Origin: Oopsacas minuta
Taxonomy: Eukaryota > Animalia > Porifera
Assembly (NCBI GenBank): GCA_024704765.1
Contig: JAKMXF010000266.1
Span: 1-64,000, forward strand
Length of the DNA stretch: 64,000 nt
Direction of reading: 5' to 3'
The translations under genes were made by a program, and so were the position numbers. Below, one piece after another: positions 37,369 to 48,411 of the stretch (its first letter is position 1; every line of letters begins with the position of its first letter). Under the pieces are notes generated by a model. That model was not told the DNA's origin, made no database searches, and saw only the letters and a list, made by a program, of their open reading frames with translations.

Positions 37369-38826
37369 ATGACTGGAAACATAAGCCAGGGAGATGACAA
37401 TTGTAGTAGCGAGGAAGATGTACCAGATCTACACCCTATGCTTGCTTCTAACGGAATAAACGGATACAAGATTGATCTTACAGATAAATGTAATCCCTTA
37501 CCTCCACACACACTTGATCTCGTGTCTGAAATCTCTAGAAAAAACTCGCAAAAGAGACAACAGAACTCCACTACTGGGTTATCAACACTAATGAATTTAC
37601 TACGATCTAATCTAGGAGTAGGTCTGCTGAGTATGCCTAATGCTATACAAGATGCTGGGTATATACTCGGACCTATAGGTATCTTGTTAATGGGTATGTT
37701 AGCTTGTCACTGTATGACTATATTGGTTAGATGTAGTCACGCCCTCTGTCATCACCTGGGGGTATCCTCGTTAGATTACGCAGACATAGCTGAACTTGCT
37801 CTATCGTATAAATTAGGACTCAAGCGTTCTTCTATACTAGCTCGTTACGTCATCAACATGTTTCTTATCATTACACAAATAGGCATGTGTTGTACATACT
37901 TCCTGTTTATATCAGAGAATACTGCTAGATTAATAGTAATGTCTGGAGGCCCGTACTTCAGTACACATACTATGATATTATACTTCTTGCCTCTAGTTAT
38001 ACTGCTCTCATTTATCCGTAGCTTGAAGGGTCTATCTCCGTTTACTACAGTAGCTAATTTCTGCTATTTATTCGGTTCTGTTATAATAATAACATTCAGT
38101 ATAATGACTATAATAAATAGAGGAGGTCTGGGAGAGGGAGCTACTCCCTTCTCATCTACTGGGTACACGTATGCACTGTTCTTTGGGAATGTTATATTCG
38201 CGGTTGAAGGCATAGGAGTTATTCTACCGATTGAGAACAAGATCGCGAAACCGCAGTTATTCACACCTCTGCTCTGGCTAACAATAATTATCGTAACTCT
38301 CCTATTTACTGTAGTAGGAGTATCAGGGTATATTGCTATAGGATCAGAACTAAAGCCTGTAATAACGCTAGAATTTCCATTACATATCACATCTCCCTAT
38401 CAAGTTGTATATCCTATAGCTATACTGTATCTTGTGGTAGGTACGTTAGGCTCTTACGTCATACAGTTCTATGTCCCTATGGATATAATAGAGCCTGTAT
38501 TATTGAAGAGGGTAAGTAGGAAATATATGAAGTTATTCTTCCAATTATTATTCCGCGCGTCAGTAGTCCTATTCACAGCTGTTATTCCTATCCTAATCTA
38601 TAACATTAAGTTCCTGATTGATCTAATAGGAGCTTGTAGTGGTAGCTTCCTAGCTATAACTATACCGGCTCTGTTAGAGATGATTATATTCTCCGGGCAG
38701 AGGAGATACGGATTACCGTTTAAGGTGTGGATTATTAAAGATATTTTCATATTCACATTTGGCTTTGTGGGTGCAGTATTTGGTACAGGTCTGACAATAT
38801 TCAAGATTGTTACTACAGAGACTTAA
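37369..38826 (+). CDS. SLC36A: Proton-coupled amino acid transporter (SLC36/PAT family)
   Basis: 485 aa, intronless. TLMNLLRSNLGVGLLSMPNAIQDAG...ACHCMTILVRC, FFGNVIFAVEGIGVILPIENK and LIDLIGACSGSFLAITIPALLE motifs. Confidence 0.9.
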   Translation: MTGNISQGDDNCSSEEDVPDLHPMLASNGINGYKIDLTDKCNPLPPHTLDLVSEISRKNSQKRQQNSTTGLSTLMNLLRSNLGVGLLSMPNAIQDAGYILGPIGILLMGMLACHCMTILVRCSHALCHHLGVSSLDYADIAELALSYKLGLKRSSILARYVINMFLIITQIGMCCTYFLFISENTARLIVMSGGPYFSTHTMILYFLPLVILLSFIRSLKGLSPFTTVANFCYLFGSVIIITFSIMTIINRGGLGEGATPFSSTGYTYALFFGNVIFAVEGIGVILPIENKIAKPQLFTPLLWLTIIIVTLLFTVVGVSGYIAIGSELKPVITLEFPLHITSPYQVVYPIAILYLVVGTLGSYVIQFYVPMDIIEPVLLKRVSRKYMKLFFQLLFRASVVLFTAVIPILIYNIKFLIDLIGACSGSFLAITIPALLEMIIFSGQRRYGLPFKVWIIKDIFIFTFGFVGAVFGTGLTIFKIVTTET

Positions 38827-38985
38827 CCTACCCTCTGATATGATTTTAACCCAGTGTTACTCATTTTGAGAGGATTTGCGTTTCTTTTGGAACATGATTT
38901 GCAATTTATTTCTAAATTCTGAAATTATTTAAATAATTTCTATTCTTATACTAATAGTTCTAGAGGGGGTGAGGGGTGTAGGTTG

Positions 38986-40867
38986 TCAAAATAGTAAGTA
39001 CAGGAATAAGAAATGGAAAAGGAATAGGTAGATAACACAGGATAACCTGGCGTAAGGGTACTGACGGAAGTACACACCCACTCTCAAGGACAACAGGTCT
39101 AATCCTGTCACTACATTCTCAAAGTTCCTACCAAACCTATGGGGACAGGCCTGTGGGAGAGGTAATGAAGTGATGTGGCGTAGTTTGCTCTTACCACTGG
39201 AATCTGCTAGCAGACTGTCAGACTGTCCTAATCTCTGACTTAACTTATCTAGTTGTAGCTTAAGAGTATTGTTCTCTGCTCCTAGAGTCTCTATAGATCT
39301 CTGCTTCTGTATAACTGTATCAGTCAGAGACCGTACTCTCCCTTGTAGCTCCTGAGAACTAGGATCAGGGTGTAACACAGATCTAGCTATCTGACCCTCT
39401 AGCTCTGATATAGTGACGTCACGAGCTGTCAACTCAGCTTGCTGAGAGGACAGCTGTGACTTAATAGCCTCGTTCTGTCTCTCCAGCATTCTAGCAGCAT
39501 TCTCCTTATCCTCTGCTTGAGTCTGGAACAGAGATTTTTGTGTGTGTAGATTAGTCTTATCTTGAAATAACTTGTCAATATCTTTAGTTAGATTCTGTAT
39601 TTTAGCTTCACTCTCTTCTCTACACTCTCTCAATTCTTCTGTCAGGCTGACACATTTGTTTTCTAATTTCTTAATCTCCTCTAGATGTTCATCATGTGAT
39701 TGATCCTAGCATACAATTATTATTACGTCAGAGTATATTTGTAATAAAGTACTACCTTCATTGGCTGGTTCATCTGTTCCCTTAGAGCTGTAATAACTTT
39801 CTCTTTGCTCTGTAGAACTGTAGTAGCTTTATATTTGTAGTCAGTTAAATCCGTCTCTGTTCTCTTTAGCTCACTTCTCAGCTGTTCGTTAGACTGCTCC
39901 AGCTGTTCAGCTATCTTCTCTTTATCTGTCATACTTTCTGTTAGTCTGTCATTATCAGCTGATATCCTTTCAATCTCTCTCTGTAGGGAGCTAGTCTCCT
40001 GTAGCTGTGTAGCTTGAGCAGACTGTAGAGTAGCTATTTCTACCTTTAGATCTGAAGTAGCTCTATCTGTTAGAATCATAATTATATTTGCTATAAGAAC
40101 TTGCTATGAATTTACCGGACTGAAGTTGTGTATCAGTCTGTTTATTTTCCAGTTCTCTTCTAATAACTTGTATTTGTAATCTATGAGCCTCCAGCTGACT
40201 ATCTCGTATCTCCATCTCATCTCTCAATCCTATTTGTCTTTCTGCAGACTCTGATAGCTGTTGTTGGAGCTGAGTGACTTCACGTGTCAAGTTTGACACT
40301 TCTCTCTGAGACTGGTTCCAATGCTCCTGCATGACCTCTAGATCTGATTTACAGCTGATGACTGCCTTACGAAGAGATTCATTTTCTAAAGCTATAGTGT
40401 CCGGATTAGGTTCTGAGTACTGGGGGAGTTCCTGAGGAGCTATTGCTGTCTTTATGACGTCAGGAGCACTTGTAGTAGACAGAGGAATTTCTATAGAAAT
40501 AGTGTGTATAAGTAGTTTTAACATCTGACCAGTTATTACCTGTGAGTGGTGTATTAGCTTTTGGATCGTTCAGGAATTCTATTAGTTTATCATCACTCAG
40601 AGCCTCTGTAGATTCATGTACAGGAGGGGGTATGTCTAGTTGTAAGGGGTGCTGACTGCTACCATCTCTAAGCTCTACAGGAGAGGGGTAGGACCAATCA
40701 GCCTCTTTTTTAGGGATGGGGAGATTCTTGCTGTTTGAGTCCTCATCTTCCTTATCTACTCCTGTAGCAGTAGTTACAATAGTCTGTATAGAGTTAGCTG
40801 CATACTCGTCTACACTCTCCAGGAGTGTGGAGGCTTTGTTAGCTATGCCAGATAGCCAAGAGCTCAT
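38986..40867 (-). CDS. GOLGA5: Golgin-84, 4 exons, about 577 aa
   Basis: join(40867-40540, 40490-40116, 40066-39756, 39705-38986); introns of 49, 49 and 50 nt. N-terminal MSSWLSGIANKASTLLESVD capture motif, long coiled coil, C-terminal LDLLSLRVGVYFRQYPYARL plus TM. Confidence 0.88.
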
Positions 40868-40953
40868 TAGTAGCTAATTAGTTGAAATATAATACTGCCT
40901 TATAATTATGCCTAGCAGCTAAATAGCTATACATTTATACAAGCAGATTCTCA

Positions 40954-42030
40954 ATGTTATTGCTACGGAGTAAGACATTTCTAACTAAATTATACTATTT
41001 GGGATGTTCCAACTTATCTACAGAGTCTGAATCAGTACAACCCCTCAGAAGTCATTACTATTACGGGTTCCATCCTAATGTGACTACCATAGATGCTCCC
41101 TACCAATCCATGGTTCTAACCAAGACATTACACTATAACCAGTTACCTCACTCACTCTCTCAGAACTCTGATGTATCCAGCTCTATAGAACAGCTGGTCA
41201 GAGATGCTATAGTGCTAACTGTTGGTAAAGATAAACGTGTACTTACACGTAAATACAAGGAGAAGCCTGAGAACGAGCTGAATACTGACGACTACTATCT
41301 ATCATTGATAATGAACTTGTTACGTATAGCTCTAACTCCACAGGGAGTATACCAGCCTGTACTCACGTATCGTTCTTACATAGCTTATGATTGGATAGCT
41401 ATGGACACTTATTCACACATGGAAGAGTTGATTAGAATGAGAGGGAGACCATTCGGTTGGTTAATCAGTTCCTCTCAAGATAAGGCCTCTCCGCTGGTAG
41501 TACCAGATCCTGATGAAGTGAGAGAGCTCTCTCAGTCTCCTCTCCATGACCTCTATCCTGTATCTCCATTGATTGGTCTCCCTAAGTGCACATTTTACCA
41601 TGATAGCTCAGATATACTCCCAGCTAATGAGCAATTTAGAGTACCACATACCTTATTGTACATACATAACATGAAGTTATCTCATGTACAGAACTTCCAA
41701 TCAGTAGTCATGCATCTATTCTCTCTGCTAGCCTCTTATGCTACCCGTTATTGTGGTGCTACACCAGGTCACGAGCTAGCTACCCCTCTCTCCGCACAAG
41801 CTATACTCACTACAGGCACTAAATACACATACTTTTACTATCAGCTCAATACACTGGATATAGCACAGATAGACACTGGGCTAAAGAACCTGCTGTATAC
41901 GTCAGACAGTGAAATACAGCTGTATCAATTCGATCTGAAGCAGGATAAAATTATAGAATTTAATTTAGAATGTTTGAGATTATTCGTGGATACTCTCAAC
42001 AACTTTAGGCAAATTAACCATGGATATTAA
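40954..42030 (+). CDS. MRPL37: Mitochondrial ribosomal protein mL37
   Basis: LYPVSPLIGLPKCTFY, PHTLLY and YQLNTLDIAQIDTGLKNLLYTSDSEIQLYQ match the mL37/mL65 family (PISPTIDLQEC, PHTLY, QLNTTDL..GVKNL); mitochondrial presequence-like N-terminus. Confidence 0.75.
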   Translation: MLLLRSKTFLTKLYYLGCSNLSTESESVQPLRSHYYYGFHPNVTTIDAPYQSMVLTKTLHYNQLPHSLSQNSDVSSSIEQLVRDAIVLTVGKDKRVLTRKYKEKPENELNTDDYYLSLIMNLLRIALTPQGVYQPVLTYRSYIAYDWIAMDTYSHMEELIRMRGRPFGWLISSSQDKASPLVVPDPDEVRELSQSPLHDLYPVSPLIGLPKCTFYHDSSDILPANEQFRVPHTLLYIHNMKLSHVQNFQSVVMHLFSLLASYATRYCGATPGHELATPLSAQAILTTGTKYTYFYYQLNTLDIAQIDTGLKNLLYTSDSEIQLYQFDLKQDKIIEFNLECLRLFVDTLNNFRQINHGY

Positions 42031-42105
42031 TCACTTATTTCATACAAATGCTACTCTTATATTAATACAATCTAATTCCATTCTCACAAACTAGTTGCTT
42101 AAAAG

Positions 42106-42570
42106 ATGTCAGGTTCAGAAGATGAGGGTGCTGCCGTCCCTGCTCCCGCCCCTATACCTGTTGCACCCATGGCAGGTCCAGGAGATCTAACTATACCGGA
42201 TGCAGTCAAGGATGTGTTGAAGAACGCGCTTATTCATGGGGGACTAGCCAGAGGTCTACACGAGTGTACCAAGGCTCTAGACATGAGAAAAGCTGTCATG
42301 TGTTTCCTAGCTAAGAACTGCGAGGTAGACCAGTACAGCCGTCTGGTAGAAGCTCTCTGTAAGGAACACAAGATCCGCCTTATGAAGGTTGATGATAAAG
42401 CAGCTCTAGGTGAATGGGCAGGACTGTGTCGTCTGGGGAAAGACGGGAAAGCCAAGAAAATAGTAAACTGTAACTGCGTGGTAGTGACAGACGTAGGACA
42501 CTCTACACCGGCTCTAGACTTTGTTATGAAGTACTTTGAGAGTAAAGGATTCTCTACCGAGATGTCTTAG
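42106..42570 (+). CDS. RPS12: 40S ribosomal protein eS12
   Basis: VLKNALIHGGLARGLHECTKALD...LVEALCKEH...LGEWAGLC...KIVNCNCVVV. Confidence 0.96.
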   Translation: MSGSEDEGAAVPAPAPIPVAPMAGPGDLTIPDAVKDVLKNALIHGGLARGLHECTKALDMRKAVMCFLAKNCEVDQYSRLVEALCKEHKIRLMKVDDKAALGEWAGLCRLGKDGKAKKIVNCNCVVVTDVGHSTPALDFVMKYFESKGFSTEMS

Positions 42571-42687
42571 ATAGAATAGATTTTAGTATGTTTCATAGAG
42601 CTAATACATTGTCATGATGTGTTATTAGATTTAGATCAATTATAACTAGTACACAATTTTGTTTTATTTTATTATATACCAGCATAA

Positions 42688-44394
42688 ATGGCTACTAAAC
42701 AACAGACTCCTCACAGACTCACCTTCCCCTCATCTCTCCTCTCTCTAACCCGCCCCTCACCTAGCTGTACACCCTCTCTCTCCTACGGATACCAGCTACA
42801 AGGACAGACACTTATTCTAGGATACACTCCTCTATCCTCTCCTGACCTCTTAACTGATCCTCCTTCTGACTGGCTATCTTACACTAATCCCGTGCTTAGC
42901 TATCTCCCTATAGGAGTATGTATAGTGGGTATACATACCTATTACACATCTCCGTCACTAGATAAGCTCCTGCTAACATTCCAATCGCTCCCTCCTCTCA
43001 TCTTCCCTAACAACAGACTAATCCTCTCAAATATTTCGGATAATGACGTAACTCACCAGCTGTTAGACATCACCACAGGACAACTGTCAGCTGTCACAAC
43101 TAACTATGAGTCCCTAAGCTCCATATATAAGCTAATTAATGATTACGTCATCAAACTAGACCTCAAACAGGAAATATCATGTGACATCACTCCTTCAACG
43201 TTTCCTCACTCATTTACTACAGAATTAGATAGAATTACAGCTCATATATTATCAGCTGATAATATATTCTCAGTAAATACAAGCAAAACTAAGTTATTAT
43301 CAATTCCCCTAACGCCCCCTGATTCTAAGACCAAGAGGACTGTTACTGTTAAAGATCTATTACAAATGAAACAGTCCCCCTATCCTCTATTGGTATCTCT
43401 CCCTCCCTGTCCCTCTACCTATACACTATCTATACATTACCATATATGGATACCTGCTGATTTACCTAACACACAGCTAGATAGTACACTTAGACAAGGA
43501 GTTGTAAGATATATACAAGCTATAAGAGATGCTGTGAGTATTCCTTGTTTTATGTCTATTTGTCATGTACCTCATCCCTTCCTACCCTTCCTACCCCTAT
43601 GTCTTCCTAATCCACACACTAATCTTATAAATAACTCACTCATAGACCCTCTCTCTCACTCTAAACTACGTCACAACCTCACTAACATACTCCTTCTATC
43701 TGCTAACACACCATACTTATACTTCCATAGAGTATATCCTATATCCAGTTTACATCTGTGTGTGCCTCATCTATCTATTACGTCATCATTACCTCCTTCA
43801 TATACACTAGTACAGACAGTATCAGGTCTGTATGATTACTACCATTACTTAACAGATGGGTTTGATGACTGTGGGTGGGGATGTGCTTATAGATCTCTAC
43901 AGACCATATTCTCCTGGTTCGTGCTACAGGGATACGTTAAGGGTAGAGACAAGCCCCCCTCCCATCAAGAGGCCCAGGAGATTCTTGTACATCTGGGAGA
44001 TAAGACTACCTTCTTTGTAAACTCAAGAGAATGGATAGGGTCTGTAGAAATAGGATTAATATTACAAGATATGCTAAGTGTTAAGTGTAAGATTATACCA
44101 CTAAACTCAGCTGATGAGTTGACAGACACCGCTAGACAGCTCCTCTATCACTTCGAGAAGTTTGGTACTCCAGTAATGATTGGAGGGGGTCAATTAGCTC
44201 ACACAATACTAGGAGTAGCATATGATGAGAGCATGGGAACATGTCAGTTCCTGGTCCTAGATCCTCACTACCGAGGACCAGATGATATTAAGTCTGTATT
44301 GAAGGGAGGAGGGTGTGCATGGAGGGGAATTAAGTTCTGGAAACCTAATACCTTCTATAATCTATGTCTGCCTATTAGAGATTATATTGACTAG
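42688..44394 (+). CDS. UFSP2: Ufm1-specific protease 2
   Basis: Peptidase C78 catalytic motifs DDCGWGCAYRSLQT, WIGSVEIG, PVMIGGGQLAHTILGV and LVLDPHY; the long N-terminal extension fits UFSP2 rather than UFSP1. Confidence 0.93.
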   Translation: MATKQQTPHRLTFPSSLLSLTRPSPSCTPSLSYGYQLQGQTLILGYTPLSSPDLLTDPPSDWLSYTNPVLSYLPIGVCIVGIHTYYTSPSLDKLLLTFQSLPPLIFPNNRLILSNISDNDVTHQLLDITTGQLSAVTTNYESLSSIYKLINDYVIKLDLKQEISCDITPSTFPHSFTTELDRITAHILSADNIFSVNTSKTKLLSIPLTPPDSKTKRTVTVKDLLQMKQSPYPLLVSLPPCPSTYTLSIHYHIWIPADLPNTQLDSTLRQGVVRYIQAIRDAVSIPCFMSICHVPHPFLPFLPLCLPNPHTNLINNSLIDPLSHSKLRHNLTNILLLSANTPYLYFHRVYPISSLHLCVPHLSITSSLPPSYTLVQTVSGLYDYYHYLTDGFDDCGWGCAYRSLQTIFSWFVLQGYVKGRDKPPSHQEAQEILVHLGDKTTFFVNSREWIGSVEIGLILQDMLSVKCKIIPLNSADELTDTARQLLYHFEKFGTPVMIGGGQLAHTILGVAYDESMGTCQFLVLDPHYRGPDDIKSVLKGGGCAWRGIKFWKPNTFYNLCLPIRDYID

Positions 44395-44429
44395 CTATTA
44401 TGTATATTTGTATGTGATTACAATTAGAT

Positions 44430-45282
44430 ATGTTTCTGACTCGATCTGAATACGACAGAGGTGTAAATACATTCTCTCCTGAGGGCCGTCTCTTCCAGGT
44501 GGAGTATGCTATAGAAGCTATAAAGCTAGGTTCCACTGCTCTAGGTATACGTACTGACCAGGGAGTAGTACTAGCAGTAGAGAAAAGGGTGACGTCATGT
44601 CTAATGGAGCCTAGTTCCTTAGAGAAGATAACTCAGCTAGATGGACATGTAGCTTGTGCATTCTCTGGACTAACAGCTGATGCTAGGATGCTGGTGGATA
44701 AGGCTAGGATAGAGTCTCAGAATCATTGGTTTGCTTATAACGAGCCTATGAAGGTTGAGCTATAAGCTATATTCTAATAATATTTATTTAGAGTATTATA
44801 TTATTCTCGATAGGTGGAGAGTATAACACAAGCTATATCTAATTTAGCGCTTAAATTCTCTGAGGATAACGAGGATGATGATGAGATGTCTATGAGCAGA
44901 CCTTTTGGAGTAGCTCTACTGGTAGCTGGTGTAGACAAGGATGGAGCTAGATTGTACCATTTAGATCCATCAGGTTACTAAAACTGTACACAATAAATTT
45001 ATTAAATTAGTTAATTAACTATTTGTAGGCACGTATATACATTTTGATGCTAAAGCTATCGGATCAGGCTCTGAGGGAGCACAAACTAGTCTACAGGAGA
45101 TATACAAAGGAGATCTGTCTATGGACCAAATTACTGTACATGCTTTACAAATTCTGAAGCAGGTGATGGAGGATAAGCTGAATAGCGTTAATGTAGAGGT
45201 TGTACAAGTACAATTAGATGGAGTTTGTAAGAGACTTACCCAGGAGCAGTTACAAACTTACATAGAGGAAATTAGCAAGTAG
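44430..45282 (+). CDS. PSMA5: Proteasome subunit alpha type-5, 3 exons, about 245 aa
   Basis: join(44430-44753, 44814-44973, 45029-45282). [36 protein letters not shown]; [10 protein letters not shown]; [13 protein letters not shown]. Confidence 0.96.
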
Positions 45283-45412
45283 ACTCTATATAGACATTAG
45301 TTTATTGGATGAGTTATTAGAATGAATATATTCATGTTTATACGAACATACATCGGAGATAAGAGTTTCCACATAAATTAGTGTGTTAGTATAAAAGTAT
45401 TTGTTAGCTATA

Positions 45413-47209
45413 ATGCCAGAAATAGAGATAGCAAGTTCTCCAGCTGTTATATTCTCAAACTTAGAGGTGACAGAGAATGAAGAGTACCAATCAGCTGATC
45501 CAATCCCACCTAGTATCAGAATACCTCAATTGGAATGGACTAGATCAATGACTTCAAATTATATACCCTATTATGTCACTATATCACCAAGCGAGGGACT
45601 ACCCCGTAGCTCCTGGCTACACCCTGTCCTCTCTGAGTTCCTGGATTCCTTCCCTCTTCTAGAGGAGCATAATCGTTATGCAGCCTACAGAACAGCATAC
45701 AAGCTACGATCTCTACAGACACTCACTCGTTTATCCAGATTACACCTAGCTAGCTTCTACCAATCTCTATCTCAGCACAAACTATTACTCCCCTCTGCTC
45801 CTTACTTCTTATCTCCCTTACAGCTAGAGGATCTTCTAGCTACTGCATTCTCTAAGTCTAACTTCTCAGGATTGGAGGGTAGCAGAGCTCAGCTGATTGC
45901 TACTGCTACAGAGCTATCTCTTAACTTTTTGCTCAGTTGTTATGACCCTGGTAGAACAGGAGCTATATCTCTAAGCTCTGTCAAGGCTGCTGTCACTTTA
46001 CTTTCTGTTGCTCCACTCAATGACAAGTATAAGTACTTATTCCAACTAACAGCTGATACTCGTAAGCCATCTATTGACAAACAGAGCTTCAAACAGCTGC
46101 TAACTGACCTCCTCCGCTTGACTGTATTCTTAGAGGAGTCTCTAGCATTTGGAGATAAAGCAATTAACGCTTCTTATCACTCACTACTGGATACCACAGG
46201 GAAACAGGATTCAGTAAACTTTCAGTTATCTTTGAGAGAGTTCCTGGATTGGAGTGTGTTAGAACCTCAATCCCTGGTCTGGATACCAACTCTTCACAGA
46301 GTAGCAGCTATTGAGAACACAAAACACAGTGTAAAGTGCGGTATTTGTCGCTCATACCCTATAAAAGGCTTCAACTTCAGATGTCAGAAATGTACAAATC
46401 TAAACATATGTCAACATTGCTTCTTCTCACAACGTACAAACAACATGCACAAGATAACACATCCCATTAGAGAGTATACTCTACCTACCACCAGCAAGGA
46501 AGATATTAAAGACATGCTACGTGTATTGCGTAACAAATTATCAGTATCTCATTACCGTAAATCTAAGAATAAACAGAGTTATCTACTTCATGAGAAAGAC
46601 ATGGAAGTAGAGCCTGTTATATCTAGTACTGATGAGGATGACATCCACGATGATATAAGGATATTAGCTGCTAGACTTAGGGATATAGAATCTAGTCCTG
46701 TAGCTGTATTGTCAGGAGATGTAAACGATGAGAATACAAAGCTTAGAACAAGACTAGACTACCTGGAAGATAAGAACAGAGAATTACAATCTCTGTTAGA
46801 CGCTAATCAGCCTACCAGCTCAGATATGGTGAGTAGATACAGTATAGCTGATAATACACGTCAATACAATAGGATGTCTAGGTCTCTACAGCAGGAGAGG
46901 ATGGAGATACGTGTTAATGTGTTAGAGAATCATAACAAGTCTCTAGAGGAACAGCTGTTCAGTCTGAGACGATCTCTAGGAGTAGGAGAGAGAGAAGAAT
47001 CTCAGCCAGCAGATAACGTAATTACCACAGATAAGACAAACAAATTCTCAGAAGAAGATAGTCTATTTGCTCTTGTTAGCCGTATGCTATCTGACTCGGT
47101 CACTTCTAAACAGAGAAGACTTAACCCAGCTGTGTCTGATGCTGTAACAGGTCTGGGAGAGTCTCTAGCTTCTATGGTTGCTGACATACAAGAGTACTCC
47201 AGTAAATAA
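45413..47209 (+). CDS. Short dystrophin/utrophin-family protein (WW, EF-hands, ZZ, coiled coils; no CH or spectrin repeats)
   Basis: First ATG at 45413. Degenerate WW (LEWTRSMTSNYIPYY...SWLHP), RYAAYRTAYKLR, LNFLLSCYDPGRTGAI, EPQSLVWIPTLHRVA, ZZ finger (CGICRSYPIKGFNFRCQKC...CQHCFF), RVNVLENHNKSLEEQLFSLRR. Confidence 0.88.
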   Translation: MPEIEIASSPAVIFSNLEVTENEEYQSADPIPPSIRIPQLEWTRSMTSNYIPYYVTISPSEGLPRSSWLHPVLSEFLDSFPLLEEHNRYAAYRTAYKLRSLQTLTRLSRLHLASFYQSLSQHKLLLPSAPYFLSPLQLEDLLATAFSKSNFSGLEGSRAQLIATATELSLNFLLSCYDPGRTGAISLSSVKAAVTLLSVAPLNDKYKYLFQLTADTRKPSIDKQSFKQLLTDLLRLTVFLEESLAFGDKAINASYHSLLDTTGKQDSVNFQLSLREFLDWSVLEPQSLVWIPTLHRVAAIENTKHSVKCGICRSYPIKGFNFRCQKCTNLNICQHCFFSQRTNNMHKITHPIREYTLPTTSKEDIKDMLRVLRNKLSVSHYRKSKNKQSYLLHEKDMEVEPVISSTDEDDIHDDIRILAARLRDIESSPVAVLSGDVNDENTKLRTRLDYLEDKNRELQSLLDANQPTSSDMVSRYSIADNTRQYNRMSRSLQQERMEIRVNVLENHNKSLEEQLFSLRRSLGVGEREESQPADNVITTDKTNKFSEEDSLFALVSRMLSDSVTSKQRRLNPAVSDAVTGLGESLASMVADIQEYSSK

Positions 47210-47355
47210 CTACCATAAACACTATATTTATATTTATATTCCCTATTATTATTATTATTTTCTTACAACCAATGCGAATAAAATACAATACGTATGTAGT
47301 ATGCTTGTTAGATTGACAGATAACTATATAATCAGCTGGTATAATAAAATCGATT

Positions 47356-48240
47356 CTATATCACCTTCTTAAGCTGCTTCCCCTCTTCTACAGCATTCTC
47401 ATCTTCTTCATTCTCAATTCTGTAGTTGCTCAGTTTGTCTAGCCAGTGTTTTGCTTCACTTAATCTATTCATCTTTATAAGAGTCTTAGCCAGGAATAGC
47501 CAGTTCATTGAATAGAATCCCGGCTGTTGATCTTCCGCTTTCTTAAAGCATTCAAGTGCTTCTTCAAACGAACTGTCGGGTGGTGTAGCTAGAATAGTAG
47601 CAATTATGCGTCTCTCTATCCAGCTGATATCTGCTATAGAGTAGCACCACTGTCCTAATAAGTGTAATGTTGTAGGTTCATTAGGATGCAGTTTGAGTGA
47701 TTTATCAAAATATGATTTTATTTGGTGAGCTTGCTTTATCTGTGATTTAAATCCTTCGTATTTGTTGATATGACTTAGAGTTATCCCAGCCCATTTGTGT
47801 GCTGCAAATGAATTAGAATCTAATTCAAGTGATTTCTCTACTAGCTCAACAGCTTTATAAGCAAGTTCCTTGCTACGTTCTTTTGTAGTGCTTTTAGCTA
47901 GAGCTACTTTATAATTTGCTCTTGATAATCTCCAGAGCAGTTTAGGTTCGTTATACTCTTTATAAGCGGATAAGAATTCTAATAACTTCTCAAACTCATT
48001 ATTATCAAACAGCTGGTCTGCCTTCTTGACTATTCTCTCTAGATCTTCATCCAGTAGCTCAGACCCCTGATCCTCTGTGTAAACTGTTCTGATGCTAAAA
48101 TATCCACAGAGTGTAGCTACGGAAGCTAATCTCCAGGAAAATCTACGTCTTCTGAGCATTGTGAATATTCTGTAAGGTCTTAGTGTCTGTGCTATGAATC
48201 CTTTCTTAAAGATAGATCGACTTATTCTGATTAATGACAT
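47356..48240 (-). CDS. RMDN1: Regulator of microtubule dynamics protein (RMD/FAM82, TPR-like)
   Basis: LLWRLSRA, AHKWAGI, HLLGQWCYSIADISWIERRI, PPDSSFEEALECFKKAE, GFYSMNWLFLAK. Confidence 0.88.
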   Translation of the reverse strand: MSLIRISRSIFKKGFIAQTLRPYRIFTMLRRRRFSWRLASVATLCGYFSIRTVYTEDQGSELLDEDLERIVKKADQLFDNNEFEKLLEFLSAYKEYNEPKLLWRLSRANYKVALAKSTTKERSKELAYKAVELVEKSLELDSNSFAAHKWAGITLSHINKYEGFKSQIKQAHQIKSYFDKSLKLHPNEPTTLHLLGQWCYSIADISWIERRIIATILATPPDSSFEEALECFKKAEDQQPGFYSMNWLFLAKTLIKMNRLSEAKHWLDKLSNYRIENEEDENAVEEGKQLKKVI

Positions 48241-48411
48241 AACTAGCTAGCTCTACAAATATTTGAGAAATACGAGTATCTTACATACTGTCCTGCTGGT
48301 CTATTTATTGTAATTGATCAACTATTGTAGACAATATATTCAAATTCATCTACCACATGCTATAAATGTAATATGCACTGAGCCATCTAATAGAATAATT
48401 ACAAATAATAC

